Assembly (NCBI GenBank): GCA_963667035.1
Contig: OY762964.1
Span: 1,344,001-1,408,000, forward strand
Reading direction: 5' to 3'
Origin: Candidatus Cloacimonadales bacterium
GTDB taxonomy: Bacteria; Cloacimonadota; Cloacimonadia; Cloacimonadales; JAFGVF01
DNA length: 64,000 nucleotides
Position numbers and translations under genes: made by a program. The notes beneath the pieces are model-generated. The model ran no database searches. It was given only the letters and a program-made list of their open reading frames with translations, and was not told where the DNA came from. Shown here piece after piece: positions 19,401 through 29,502 of this stretch; positions within the stretch are counted from its first letter, which is position 1; each line of letters opens with the position of its first letter.

Positions 19401-20856
19401 TAGTTGTAACAGATTCTTAGTAAATTTGAACAAACGTTATAATTGGGAGTTGTACAACATTGTTCATTTAGATGACTTGGATGATGGACATTCTACTTCT
19501 CGGAGTATATTTTTCTCAACAGGTTCAGTAGAAGCAGATAGTTGCAGTATTTCGGGAGTTGATTATGCGTTTGATTTCTATCACAATGCTTCTTCAACAG
19601 GTACTCATACAATTTCTAACACCTTAGTTGATAGCTGTACAGTAGGTATACTAACACAACAAGCATCCATTACATTAGATACTAATTCCTTCAGACATAA
19701 TGACACCAATATTGTTGCTTATAGTTCAACAATAAATGCCTCATACGGTTCTACCAGTGATCAAGGAAATAATATCTTTGAAGCATATTCTGAGAATATC
19801 TATATAGACTCAGAGATGCTTAACCTCAAGTATGGCTATAATGATTTCTATAATGAAACTAAAAATCATGTATTCATTCAGGTAGATACAACACGAACAT
19901 TTGATAGCTGCTATGATAATTATTGGGAAAAATGTAGCTATGATAATTGTACTGACAAAGGTATAAATCCCTATCCTGATTATGTAGATGGAATTGGAGA
20001 TCTTTTCGATCCATTCTGTAAAACTTCTAATAATGTTTCAAGAACAGTTGTATCAACTCGTTTTGATAGAGCAATTAGTATGATTAATAATGGTCAAATG
20101 CGAGTTGGTTGCGATTCTTTAGGGGTTATTATTACTGAGAACCTATCGACTGAGCAGGATGAATTGTTGTTAGCTCTTGATGCTTACTTCTATACTATGT
20201 TGGAGTTAAGCTACAATGACACAGACTATCTTGAGAATTTCATTGATGGTATTTTAAACACATCAGGTTTATCAAGTTTGTGGGAAAATGCTCTTCGTTA
20301 TAAGAAGAGATTGTATGTCAAAAATAATGAATTCACTGAAGCTTTAGATATTGTTGATGACTTCATTGAAGATGCAACAAGTGTAGAAGACTATTTACTT
20401 GCATGTATTGATGAACAAAATGTTTTGATGCTGATGGATGAAGAGGAAGCAAGAGGAGTTAAAAACAGTTTCTTGTTATGTAGATCCATGGAAGAATATA
20501 GAGTATCAATTGAAGAGAAGAAACAGGAACTTCTTGAAGCCAGAACTTCTATAAATGAAGATGAAGTTATGATACTGCCATATACTAATCTATATAGCAA
20601 CTACCCAAATCCATTTAATCCAACTACCACCATTTCTTTCTCAATTCCTCAGGCAGATAAAGTAAATCTTAGTATTTACAATATTAAGGGACAGAAAGTA
20701 AAGGAATTAGCATCTGATAATTTTGCTCAAGGTCGTCACAATTTAGTATGGGATGGCAAAGATAGTAATGGAAAGAACGCATCTAGTGGTGTGTATTTCT
20801 ATAAAATAAAAACCTCTCATGATAAGATTACGAAGAAGATGATGCTATTGAAGTAA
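16432..20856 (+). CDS. Secreted C25 (gingipain-like) cysteine peptidase with propeptide and C-terminal sorting domain
   Basis: APALPV propeptide; EWKNLKG; SDLYFAD; IAIGR; putative catalytic CHG and AAC; YFGDPDL; NYPNPFNPTT..IYNIKGQKV..SGVYFYKI. Confidence 0.85.
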   Translation: MKRLASLLMLLMSLTLVAVSHTISYSYPNLTITEDSLSYNVIEYSNLSQTDIRSAPALPVEYLNFIIPTGTDVGSITISNSTQELVADTINVTPSVGPIYMIGEYQPASPDSTIYSSNDLYPLNSVEVVNHMYIGANRIVKLAIYPLQVKPQSEKLYINKSINFTLNTVSSTQLYFTQSKCHASYHESLTEKLELLVENDSDIPLYMNIPPIIEEDPGAEDFEMVIIGAAEYEDDFEEFIEWKNLKGCKTKYKSTETIALQYSGYPWGEHPISDLPSKIRAYLKNMWQSNCLRFAIIVGGGSDPDHHPTGTHLPDNTLNVRYSTREQNSWDSVEQPDWDDFARVSSDLYFADFGGDYDFDGDDYFGEYYSSYYQSDINDVDRIDLGREIAIGRVLITPQGSISEEAKIVSWVHKTLIYEQNPGYGDNLYLDNTIIENGYYLSNEDGWTSHVFLENEIDPTTGFDMESVLGNLFIEVDGTTLKAAGRGDATAGTPTGANTIQAFNNDLGWGLINQYCHGWKIATTNYSGSRNVTSGIRDGYYLTALDAQNVAYFGGNESINGYDNIVKTGKYSIMLSAACLTAHHDGVKHGDDMYPPNPLNPWFDEPSMAESWTCGTVDGGGPVYIGNVIPGTMVESQRSLNRTLYNFYTTNNLKLSESLAASLENAPNEIISNELVYFGDPDLDMWVGVPNEMNISHDFSNNSVIVTDATTSSPIENASVVFTSATGDYYYTHTNSSGVASHTVAFQDVCVTKYNYLPYISSIAAVNETISSQRELRYDLIVPSGRTLTVSADLELDSSAGKNARIIVASGATLVLSSSASIVGHAETYTPNGTTGIQVTIPGNSIEVYGTFNIYGDVNSLETQVYTGGVVHHYSTGSINNAPVGVYITGGSFMPHGGDFVDCDLAIDWETGTFGSLFGNTDCNGMLITTTESFGGIKPTGIHLPYDPDCPMSYSNLNFSNLNACIVNSPYTELLSPQPETFTLSTVNVHSCNRFLVNLNKRYNWELYNIVHLDDLDDGHSTSRSIFFSTGSVEADSCSISGVDYAFDFYHNASSTGTHTISNTLVDSCTVGILTQQASITLDTNSFRHNDTNIVAYSSTINASYGSTSDQGNNIFEAYSENIYIDSEMLNLKYGYNDFYNETKNHVFIQVDTTRTFDSCYDNYWEKCSYDNCTDKGINPYPDYVDGIGDLFDPFCKTSNNVSRTVVSTRFDRAISMINNGQMRVGCDSLGVIITENLSTEQDELLLALDAYFYTMLELSYNDTDYLENFIDGILNTSGLSSLWENALRYKKRLYVKNNEFTEALDIVDDFIEDATSVEDYLLACIDEQNVLMLMDEEEARGVKNSFLLCRSMEEYRVSIEEKKQELLEARTSINEDEVMILPYTNLYSNYPNPFNPTTTISFSIPQADKVNLSIYNIKGQKVKELASDNFAQGRHNLVWDGKDSNGKNASSGVYFYKIKTSHDKITKKMMLLK

Positions 20857-20895
20857 TTCTATAGAACTTCAAATGCCTTATAAATAGGGCTTTTC

Positions 20896-21567
20896 AGACT
20901 GTTGATAAAGCTATGAAATCACACTCATAGCTTTGTCTTTTTTATTGCAAACAACCACATCATTCATTGACATATTTCTCCCTAGCTTATGCTTAAGAGA
21001 GCAAATGGAACACAATACAAAAAGGAGTTTGCAATAATTGATGATCCGGTTCCAGAGAATTACAATTTAAGGAAAATTGATGTGTAATAGATTGCTCTTT
21101 TATTTTAGTTAGAACGGTCTGCTTGTATTGTTCCAATAACGGCCGTTCTCCAATTTATACTATTACACTCTACAAAAATGCTATTTATTAACTTTCTTTT
21201 CGGAATTCGTTCCGAAAGACAATTGGTCAGAGAGATCGAGGTCAAAGTTGCTTATCGATGGTTCTTAGGCTTGGGATTAACTGATTAAGTTCCTTATCAC
21301 TCAATCTTCGAAGACGATTTAATGATAGCACAGTATTCGAAGAGATTTTTATAAATATAGTGAAGTTAGGCATTAAATACGGATTAATGATGGAAAGATA
21401 CTTTTCAGCAACTCAACCCAGCTAAAGGCAAATGTTAATAAAGGTAAACTCGATGATTTTGAAGTTGAAGTATCCTCAAAGAGATACACGAAAGATCTTA
21501 ACACAAGCATTGCTTAGGGTCGCAAGGCTCATGATAAGAAACCTTTCCCTCCTAAAGACAACAATTT
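20896..21567 (+). mobile_element. IS1182-family insertion sequence remnant (left end plus frameshifted 5' part of transposase)
   Basis: End motif AGACTGTTGATAAAG; ATG 20989; fragments VPENYNLRKID, FGIRSERQLVREIEVKVAYRWFLGLGLTDKVP, STQLKANVNK, HDKKPFPPK separated by stops/frameshifts. Confidence 0.8.
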
Positions 21568-21650
21568 AAAATCACCCGTTGTACGGGTGGGCATGATTTA
21601 TAAATCCTCATTTTCAAAAACAGAAACAAAAAAATTCAGTTAATTATTAA

Positions 21651-21678
21651 TTGACAATCATATCGCAAAGAGTATCAT
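21651..21678 (+). promoter_or_regulatory. Putative sigma70 promoter for second C25 gene
   Basis: TTGACA-N16-TATCAT upstream of SD GGAGG and ATG 21696. Confidence 0.45.
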
Positions 21679-21695
21679 TTTGTTAGGGAGGATTT

Positions 21696-24600
21696 ATGAG
21701 ACTCTTTATAATTATTTTTTTTAGTACGGCAATAATGCTTCTGAGCGGATTAAGTTTCCGAAATCAGGAGATTGAAGTTATCAATGATGATGGATTATCA
21801 AGGATATCATTAACAGATGGTATTACCATATATGATTACGCAAAATCAGGAACTCCGGCGATTCCGCTTAAAACATATTATTTTAGCATCCCTAACGGAA
21901 AGACTCTTGATAACGTTATAGTAAAAGCTAACAACATTAAGGTTATTGAATTAGATTTTCCGTTAATGCAAGCTCCTTTGCCTACTATTTATTCAAACAA
22001 TGGCAGTCTACCAAGTGCACTAAAGTTTGAGGGTAATTATTCTACAGTACTGCTAAACAGCTCTACGAATCAAACCGGTCCATATAGATTCGGAGCTATT
22101 ACGGTCAGTTGTGCTGCTTATCAATCAGAAACAAATAGAATTCTAGTGCCTGCTGAGTTTGAAATAGAGTACACACTTAAAAATGGCAGATACATTAACA
22201 ATCCTTCCACAGTGAGTTCTGAGATTATTGCTAATGAACTTGGATTGAATAATTCCAGAGTTAATGATGAGGCAGTAGTACTTTATGTCGGAACAGACCA
22301 AATCATTAATGCTATGAATAGTTTGTTTGATTTCAGAAGAAAGCAAGGATACATCGTGAGGTATAAGCTTATTGAGGACATAATAAATACCTATTCAGGT
22401 ATTGATAATGCAGAAAAACTAAAGAATGCAATTATTGATGAATATCAAAATCATAATGTCTCATATATAACACTACTTGGTAATGCAGATTTGATACCTA
22501 TACGATATACGTGGGCTTTTGATTGCGAATATGGCTTAAGTGAAGATGAAAACAATATTCCGTCTGATATGTATTTTGCCTGTCTGGATAATAACTGGGA
22601 CTCTAATGGTAATGGTATTTACGGAGAAGACAGTGATGCACCGGATAGATATCCTGAAGTATTTGTTAGTAGGATAAGTCTATCAGGACCGGAACAAGTA
22701 AGTGACTATGCAAACAAACTCATTGACTATGAAAAAGGCGTAGAGTTTGGAGAAAGAGGTTATAATCATTCTTTCGGTATAAGTACTAATCTCTGGGAAT
22801 ACTCCAACAGTGTTCTCGCTCAGGAGTATATTGAATCCCATTATTTCCCTGAATATTATAGTAATAACATTTACAATGAAGAAGATAACACTCTATATAA
22901 CTTCAATAACGAGATTATGTTAAAACCGAATATAATACAGCATACAGGTCATGCTTTCCATCATATAATGGCATTAAATGGCGAATATCTTTCACTTGAG
23001 TATGCTGAGTCTTTGAATCATGAAGCAACAACTGGCATTATGTATTCGATCGGATGTTGGGCGGGTGCCTTAGACTACGAATCAATAGCTGAAGCATTCA
23101 GTTTGAATGCACCAGTATTAGGCTTTATCTGTAATTCTCGTTATGGATGGGGAGCTCCGTCTGCAGATGGTTTTGGGTTCTCAGAATACTTCCAGAAAGA
23201 GTTTTTTAAACTATTGTTTTCAAATCGAACTTTAAATCTTGCTGAATTAAATTCGCTTCAAAAACTACCATTTATACCATATATGAATGGAGACTCCGTT
23301 TACAAATGGGTAGCATATGAAATGAACTCATTAGGGGATTCTATGTTTATGCCCTATAGAAACAACCCACTTCCCATGCAATTGGATTTTGTTAATGAGA
23401 ACTCAGATATGTATATAACTACCAGACATAACAACCGGGGTGTTGGAAGTGTTTTAATAACTGATGTTTCAGGAAATCAATATTATACTAATGATGCAGG
23501 AACAGTGCTTTTAGGAAGTGAAGCAATACCTCCCTTTACAGCATATAAATATGGCTATGAGTTTGCTGAATCTTCTCCTCAGAGTTTTGATGAAGGTCTT
23601 AGCATTATTCATACAATAATAGAACCGCAAGATAATAACACCATCTGTGTACAGAATTCAAACTACTCTATTGATTTCACAATGCACTCTGAATTGAGTT
23701 ATCCGCAATCTTATTATGTAGAATATGTACCGGATAATCCAGAATTCTTCGGAATGACCGAGCAGTTCGTTAGCGGAACTATTAATCCTGGTGAGACAGT
23801 GAACATTGATGGATATGGTTTCATCATTGAACCAACTGATGAAGTAGCTCAGCTAGCTAACGGAGTAGAGTTAGGAATGACAATTAATGTCTACGATATA
23901 CAAGATAATGTTACGCCTTTAACCTCAACCAAAGTTAACCTGCCAATTCATGCTCCTGTGATAGATATTGATGAGATTCATTCTTCTACCATCCCCATCC
24001 CTTATGAAGAGGAACAATCATTGTCCATTACACTTTCAAACATAGGAGATTTTGAAATTGAAGCACCACTAACTGTTACATTATCGTCTGATTTAATGGA
24101 AAACAATGCAGTTATTGATATACAATCATCACTAACTGTAAACGATGATTACTCACTTGAGATTCCCTATAGCATCTCGGAACATAATAGTCAAAATGTA
24201 GAGTTTGTGATTACATTACAGTATACATTTAACAACCAAATAATGTTTAAGAAATACAGCTGTGTATATCCCACTGAGTCATCATCAAATGATTCTCCCT
24301 TATGGGAAACAGACTTTGAAGATCCTTTCAATAACATACTGCCTTTCCCATGGCAAAGAGAGTTTAAGGATGATTCTTATGTTTTAACATGCAGACCTTC
24401 AAACTCAGGAAACTACAGATATGAGTTACCTGAAATGCTATGGAACAGAGGACTGGTTTTCAACTTTGATTACATGTATAGAATGCCTATGTATGGAGAA
24501 GATGGTGTATCCGTTATTGTCAGTAATGAAGAAACTGAAGAGGAAATACTCTTTGTGGGTTCAGGAGGAGCATTGTCACGCGATAATGGAATGATATACT

Positions 24601-25082
24601 CCGATTGGGCTGAATACAATTTACAATTGAATGAACTAATTTCATTTAGTATAGAGGATAATACTCCCTTTCATTTAAGTTTCGAGTTCATTGCTTCTGA
24701 CTCGAACGAGACTTATGATTACGTAAACAACCAAGAGCTTGGTGTGTTTATTGATAATCTATTCTTTACATCGCAACCAATTGTTAACATTGACGATAAC
24801 GTTCTGGAAACTAGAGTTCTACAAGTGAAAGTATTCCCTAATCCAACAAAAGACATTATCAGTTTTAAGTTAAGTGACACAATTGGAGATGAGCTCTTCA
24901 TTGAGTTGTTTAACATTAAAGGTCAAAGAATGTTAAAAAAGAAACTGGACAAAGAAACTGCAAATACTGAATTCAGTATTAATCTGGAAGAACTGTCTCA
25001 GACCTCTGTCTCCGGTATATATTTTTACCGATTATCAGATGGTCATAATGAAAAAGCAGGTAAGTTTCTTAAACTGAAATAG
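21696..25082 (+). CDS. Second secreted C25 (gingipain-like) peptidase with C-terminal sorting domain
   Basis: GTPAIP propeptide; LLGNADLIPIR; IPSDMYFACLD; PEVFVSR; putative catalytic TGH and IGC; NSRYGW; VFPNP..LFNIKGQ..SGIYFY. Confidence 0.85.
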   Translation: MRLFIIIFFSTAIMLLSGLSFRNQEIEVINDDGLSRISLTDGITIYDYAKSGTPAIPLKTYYFSIPNGKTLDNVIVKANNIKVIELDFPLMQAPLPTIYSNNGSLPSALKFEGNYSTVLLNSSTNQTGPYRFGAITVSCAAYQSETNRILVPAEFEIEYTLKNGRYINNPSTVSSEIIANELGLNNSRVNDEAVVLYVGTDQIINAMNSLFDFRRKQGYIVRYKLIEDIINTYSGIDNAEKLKNAIIDEYQNHNVSYITLLGNADLIPIRYTWAFDCEYGLSEDENNIPSDMYFACLDNNWDSNGNGIYGEDSDAPDRYPEVFVSRISLSGPEQVSDYANKLIDYEKGVEFGERGYNHSFGISTNLWEYSNSVLAQEYIESHYFPEYYSNNIYNEEDNTLYNFNNEIMLKPNIIQHTGHAFHHIMALNGEYLSLEYAESLNHEATTGIMYSIGCWAGALDYESIAEAFSLNAPVLGFICNSRYGWGAPSADGFGFSEYFQKEFFKLLFSNRTLNLAELNSLQKLPFIPYMNGDSVYKWVAYEMNSLGDSMFMPYRNNPLPMQLDFVNENSDMYITTRHNNRGVGSVLITDVSGNQYYTNDAGTVLLGSEAIPPFTAYKYGYEFAESSPQSFDEGLSIIHTIIEPQDNNTICVQNSNYSIDFTMHSELSYPQSYYVEYVPDNPEFFGMTEQFVSGTINPGETVNIDGYGFIIEPTDEVAQLANGVELGMTINVYDIQDNVTPLTSTKVNLPIHAPVIDIDEIHSSTIPIPYEEEQSLSITLSNIGDFEIEAPLTVTLSSDLMENNAVIDIQSSLTVNDDYSLEIPYSISEHNSQNVEFVITLQYTFNNQIMFKKYSCVYPTESSSNDSPLWETDFEDPFNNILPFPWQREFKDDSYVLTCRPSNSGNYRYELPEMLWNRGLVFNFDYMYRMPMYGEDGVSVIVSNEETEEEILFVGSGGALSRDNGMIYSDWAEYNLQLNELISFSIEDNTPFHLSFEFIASDSNETYDYVNNQELGVFIDNLFFTSQPIVNIDDNVLETRVLQVKVFPNPTKDIISFKLSDTIGDELFIELFNIKGQRMLKKKLDKETANTEFSINLEELSQTSVSGIYFYRLSDGHNEKAGKFLKLK

Positions 25083-25211
25083 TGCTAATACTAATTGATT
25101 ATGCCCTATTTCTCAGTTTTGGGTTCATGATAATAGATAGGAACACTTCTTGCATAGGTATAATTATATATAAATATAAATAATGCGATTAAAAACTATA
25201 AGGAGGATATA

Positions 25212-28200
25212 GTGAAAACTAAATTAAGCTTAGTTATACTATTATTCATATCGCTTGGCCTTTTATTTGCACAAGTTGATCAAGGATGGACAGCAGATAT
25301 TCCGGTCAGACAAGGTGTCAATATTGAGTGGTTCAGATCAGCCACATCAACAGATGACGGTGCATTATATGTATGGTCGGATACAGAAGCTGGTGGTAGA
25401 GATTTAAGATGCCAATTTGTTTCTTCAGACCCTAATGCTCCAATTGGAGACCCAATTCTTATTGATAGCAAACCTAACAGACAGGAAGATCCGGTTGTTG
25501 TTGAATCAACAGACGGAAATTTCATTATTGCTTGGGTTGATTTCTCAGCAGATCATGACGGTGACGTTTATGCTCAAAAAATTGATCCAGACGGTAACCT
25601 TTTATGGCAAGTTGGTGGTGTGCCTTTATGTACAAATGAAGAGAATCAGATTTCTTTAAACTTAGTACCTGATAATAGTGGTGGAGCTTTCTGTTTATGG
25701 GTTGATAGCAGAAATTTCAATAAAGACTTATATGCACAACATGTTCTTAGCGATGGTAGTTTAGCTGCCAACTGGGATGCTGACGGTATTCCTATTGCAA
25801 ATACTGCTAATAACGAAACATCAAACTCAATGTGGGAAGATGGTCTTGGTGGTTTCGTTATTGCTTATAATGTTACAAATCCTGCTCCTACAAGCGAAGA
25901 CATTTATATGAAGAGAATACTTGGTGATGGAACTTCAGCTTGGGGCGAGCCTATAGCTTTATGTGTTGAAAACGGTGATCAAACCGGAATCAAAGTTCGA
26001 CCTATGGGCGATGATTCCATGTTGATTTTCTGGTCAGACAAAAGAAACGTTGACTCTGACCTATATGCTCAAAGAGTTATGTTTGATGGATCATTAGCGT
26101 GGACTAACGAATTACTTGTTTATGGTGATGCAACTTCTGAGACTTTTGCTCAGCAGTATAACCCAAGAGGTACAGCTACTTCTGATGGTGCCGTCATTAT
26201 AGTATGGGAAGACCTCAGAAATGACCCACAGTATCCGGATCTTTTTGCACAGAAGATTAATGCTAGCGGTAACCTGCTTTGGAATGCTGACGGTGTTGCA
26301 GTATCTGTAGAAGCTTATGCTCAGCAAGATCCACGTATTACAGCAGATAATAATGGAGGTGCTATAATCGTATGGGATGACACACGAGACGGCAATGCTC
26401 CTAACTTTGATGTTTACGCTCAGAGATTAGATTCAAATGGTTCTACTTTACTTGCAGATAATGGAATGATTATTTGTGATGAAGTTGGTGAACAAAACGG
26501 TTCTATAGTTAAATTCTCTAATGGGAATGCATATGTCAACTGGCTTGATGCTCGTAATGGCTCTCATGGTATCTATTATCAAGTTATTGATAGTAATAAC
26601 CAGTTAACAATGGAAGAGAACGGTAAAAAAGTGTACTGGGGTCTTTCAGGTGATGCTTTAAAAGACCAATTCCTTATTGTTGAAAGAGAAAATGATATCG
26701 TTGCTATCTGGGCTGACACAAGATATGCAAGTTTTGGATATCAGATATTCTATCAAATCATAAACAGCGATGGTATTCTTGCAACAGATGTAGAAGACCT
26801 TAACGGATTCTCATTGACAGAGCTAACTTATGGGGAGCAATCACAACCAAATGCTACTGTAACTCCTGAAGGACAGGTTTGTGTTGTTTGGGAAGAGCAG
26901 AGAACCGCTTATCCCAAAGTTTATGCTCAATTGATTGATGTTGACGGTAGCAGACTTTGGGGAGATACTGGTATTGAACTTACTGAAAGAACTCCTCTTA
27001 GCCAATCTAACCCTAAAGTAGATTATTATAACGGTGCTTTCTATTTTGCATGGTCAGACCTTGATCCAACTTCTCAGATTAACAGAGTATATTCTCAGAA
27101 AGTTGTTGATGGTGCTGTCCAATGGGGAACTGATGGTCTTGTAGTTTCTGAAACTCCGGAAGGAGAAAGTGCGAGAGAATGCCAACTTGTAGAGATGAAA
27201 GGTCTTTATTTTGTCTGGACCAAAACGCTCCTAACATGGAATCTTAGCTTAAACGTTAAAAAAATGAATGAAGATGGTACAGTTGCTACCGGTTTCGACG
27301 AAGACGGTATAACTATCTCTACATTTGATGTATCTCAGTCATATACTATTAATCAAACAGCTCCTACTGCTAAACTAGTTGATGACGATTTGTTAGTTTT
27401 CTGGCAAGATCAAAGAAACAATAATTTATCATTCTATTATGGAATGATGATTTCTCCTACAGGTCAATACTTGTGGAATGATGAGGGAGTTATAGTTGGA
27501 GATAATACTTCCGATTCATCTCGTTCACAAGAACAATTCCAATTCCTTGTAACTCCAGGAGATGATATTATTACTGCTTGGACAGAAAACACTGTAGGTG
27601 TTGGTGATATATATATGCAAAAACTTGACTTTTCCGGGAATTTGCAATGGGCTTCAACCGGTATAGCATCAATCGTAAAAGATTCGACTCAAACTTCAGC
27701 AAGCCTTACAATGCTAAACGATAGCTATTACGGTTTAGTCTGGGAAGATAATGTTACTTTCGAATCCGATATATTCTTTAATATTTATAATCTTGATGGA
27801 ACATCTGCATTTAACAATCCTGATGGAGTAATGGTTTCTGATGCTATTAAACGTCAATATACTCCAAAAATTGGTTCAATTGATTCACAGAATTCAATAG
27901 TTATCTGGACTGACGGACGTTCATCAGGTAAAACTGAAATTGTTGGTTTGTATGCTCAAAAAATGAATTATACAGACGTATCTACTCATGAAAATACAAA
28001 TCCTACAGTTAATCAGTTAAGAGTTGCTCAAAACTACCCTAATCCATTTAATCCAACTACTAATATTTCTTTCAATATTCCTAAGGAACAGAAAGTTGAA
28101 GTAATAGTTTATAATGTATTAGGTCAAAAAGTAAAAACTCTTGCTAATGAAAGATTTGCTCAAGGAAGAAATACGATTACTTGGAATGGTGATGATGACA

Positions 28201-28289
28201 ACAATAACACTGTTGCATCAGGTATCTATTTCTACAGAGTAAAAACCAAGAGTAACTCAGTTACAAAGAAAATGATAATGATGAAATAA
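25212..28289 (+). CDS. Secreted repeat (beta-propeller-like) protein with C-terminal FlgD-Ig/T9SS-A-like domain
   Basis: Many repeats of GA.IVW.D.R...D.YAQK/R...G..LW..G; QNYPNPFNPTT CTD. Confidence 0.85.
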   Translation: MKTKLSLVILLFISLGLLFAQVDQGWTADIPVRQGVNIEWFRSATSTDDGALYVWSDTEAGGRDLRCQFVSSDPNAPIGDPILIDSKPNRQEDPVVVESTDGNFIIAWVDFSADHDGDVYAQKIDPDGNLLWQVGGVPLCTNEENQISLNLVPDNSGGAFCLWVDSRNFNKDLYAQHVLSDGSLAANWDADGIPIANTANNETSNSMWEDGLGGFVIAYNVTNPAPTSEDIYMKRILGDGTSAWGEPIALCVENGDQTGIKVRPMGDDSMLIFWSDKRNVDSDLYAQRVMFDGSLAWTNELLVYGDATSETFAQQYNPRGTATSDGAVIIVWEDLRNDPQYPDLFAQKINASGNLLWNADGVAVSVEAYAQQDPRITADNNGGAIIVWDDTRDGNAPNFDVYAQRLDSNGSTLLADNGMIICDEVGEQNGSIVKFSNGNAYVNWLDARNGSHGIYYQVIDSNNQLTMEENGKKVYWGLSGDALKDQFLIVERENDIVAIWADTRYASFGYQIFYQIINSDGILATDVEDLNGFSLTELTYGEQSQPNATVTPEGQVCVVWEEQRTAYPKVYAQLIDVDGSRLWGDTGIELTERTPLSQSNPKVDYYNGAFYFAWSDLDPTSQINRVYSQKVVDGAVQWGTDGLVVSETPEGESARECQLVEMKGLYFVWTKTLLTWNLSLNVKKMNEDGTVATGFDEDGITISTFDVSQSYTINQTAPTAKLVDDDLLVFWQDQRNNNLSFYYGMMISPTGQYLWNDEGVIVGDNTSDSSRSQEQFQFLVTPGDDIITAWTENTVGVGDIYMQKLDFSGNLQWASTGIASIVKDSTQTSASLTMLNDSYYGLVWEDNVTFESDIFFNIYNLDGTSAFNNPDGVMVSDAIKRQYTPKIGSIDSQNSIVIWTDGRSSGKTEIVGLYAQKMNYTDVSTHENTNPTVNQLRVAQNYPNPFNPTTNISFNIPKEQKVEVIVYNVLGQKVKTLANERFAQGRNTITWNGDDDNNNTVASGIYFYRVKTKSNSVTKKMIMMK

Positions 28290-28308
28290 TTCATTATTTA
28301 TAGATTTT

Positions 28309-28340
28309 GAGGGGAAATGCTTGCATTTCCCCTCTTATTA
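28309..28340 (+). terminator. Intrinsic terminator
   Basis: GAGGGGAAATGC/GCATTTCCCCTC inverted repeat. Confidence 0.75.
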
Positions 28341-28411
28341 TTCTTTTACTTAATTCCTTTTTTCTTGCCAGTTATTAGTGAGCATTAAGTCTGCATTTAA
28401 AGGAGAGTTTA

Positions 28412-29398
28412 ATGAAACAAAAATACTTTTTAGCTATTATAACACTATTAATTATGCTCGGATGTTCAACTCCACAGTTCTCCGATTTAATGAAAGTGGA
28501 TGCTTATACACATGAGATAAAACTTCCTCCACCATTCTCGAGTCAATTTATGGAATATTCAACAATGTGTTCATACGGTGACAATGTATTGATCATACCT
28601 CAATACCCCAATTTACTAGGAGATGATAATGTTCCCGGAAGAGGTTTACTTATTAGTAAAATTTTGATAAACAAATACGTTAATGACAAAGCAGAAGTAC
28701 CTATTAATGTTGAGATCTTAGATTTCATGAAGATAGACTTCCTAACCGGTATTGCTAACTATGAAGGTTTTGAAGCAGTTGCCACAGATGGAATCAACTT
28801 CTACTTTGCAATTGAAACAGGTGGGGAAAAACCATATACTTATGCTGTTAAAGCTGTGCTAAATAGAGATCATAAGCAACTGATTTTTGATGAATCATCC
28901 CTGACAAAGCTTAATCCACCGGTCACAATAGACAACGCGTCATATGAATCCCTTTTACTATATGGTAACCGTCTCTATTTCGGATATGAAGGTAATGGTG
29001 TTAATATTAATAGCGAACCATACGTTCTATCAACTGACCTCAATTTTAACAATCAGAAGCGAGTTAATATACAGAATCTTGAATATAGATTAACCGATTT
29101 TACATCAGCTAAAAACAACAATGAGATTTATGCAATAAACTATCATTGGATAAACGATACGGAGAAATATAATCCCGGATTAGATCAAATAACCGGTATT
29201 GATTTGAGTCAAATAGGTGTCGAAAGGTTCGTCCCAATGAAAATCACATCAAAGGGCTTTATACCTGATATCAAACGTCATGTACTTGATCTACAATACA
29301 AAGGGAGAAATTGGGAAGGGGTTGAATACTTAGGTGATGGTTTGTTGATAGTCACCGATAAGTATCCTACATCGATATTAATGTATGTTTATGAATAA
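28412..29398 (+). CDS. Hypothetical lipoprotein (beta-propeller-like)
   Basis: Lipobox MLGC; recurring EYS/GFEA/YES/NWEG blade-like motifs. Confidence 0.65.
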   Translation: MKQKYFLAIITLLIMLGCSTPQFSDLMKVDAYTHEIKLPPPFSSQFMEYSTMCSYGDNVLIIPQYPNLLGDDNVPGRGLLISKILINKYVNDKAEVPINVEILDFMKIDFLTGIANYEGFEAVATDGINFYFAIETGGEKPYTYAVKAVLNRDHKQLIFDESSLTKLNPPVTIDNASYESLLLYGNRLYFGYEGNGVNINSEPYVLSTDLNFNNQKRVNIQNLEYRLTDFTSAKNNNEIYAINYHWINDTEKYNPGLDQITGIDLSQIGVERFVPMKITSKGFIPDIKRHVLDLQYKGRNWEGVEYLGDGLLIVTDKYPTSILMYVYE

Positions 29399-29502
29399 AA
29401 TACTAAAACTTGAGTCATTTAATAGTGGTAAATAATTATTTTCTGGACAAATAAGCAGTCCAAAAAACTATGGGTGGCAAAACGAATACATGGGAGTATT
29501 TA

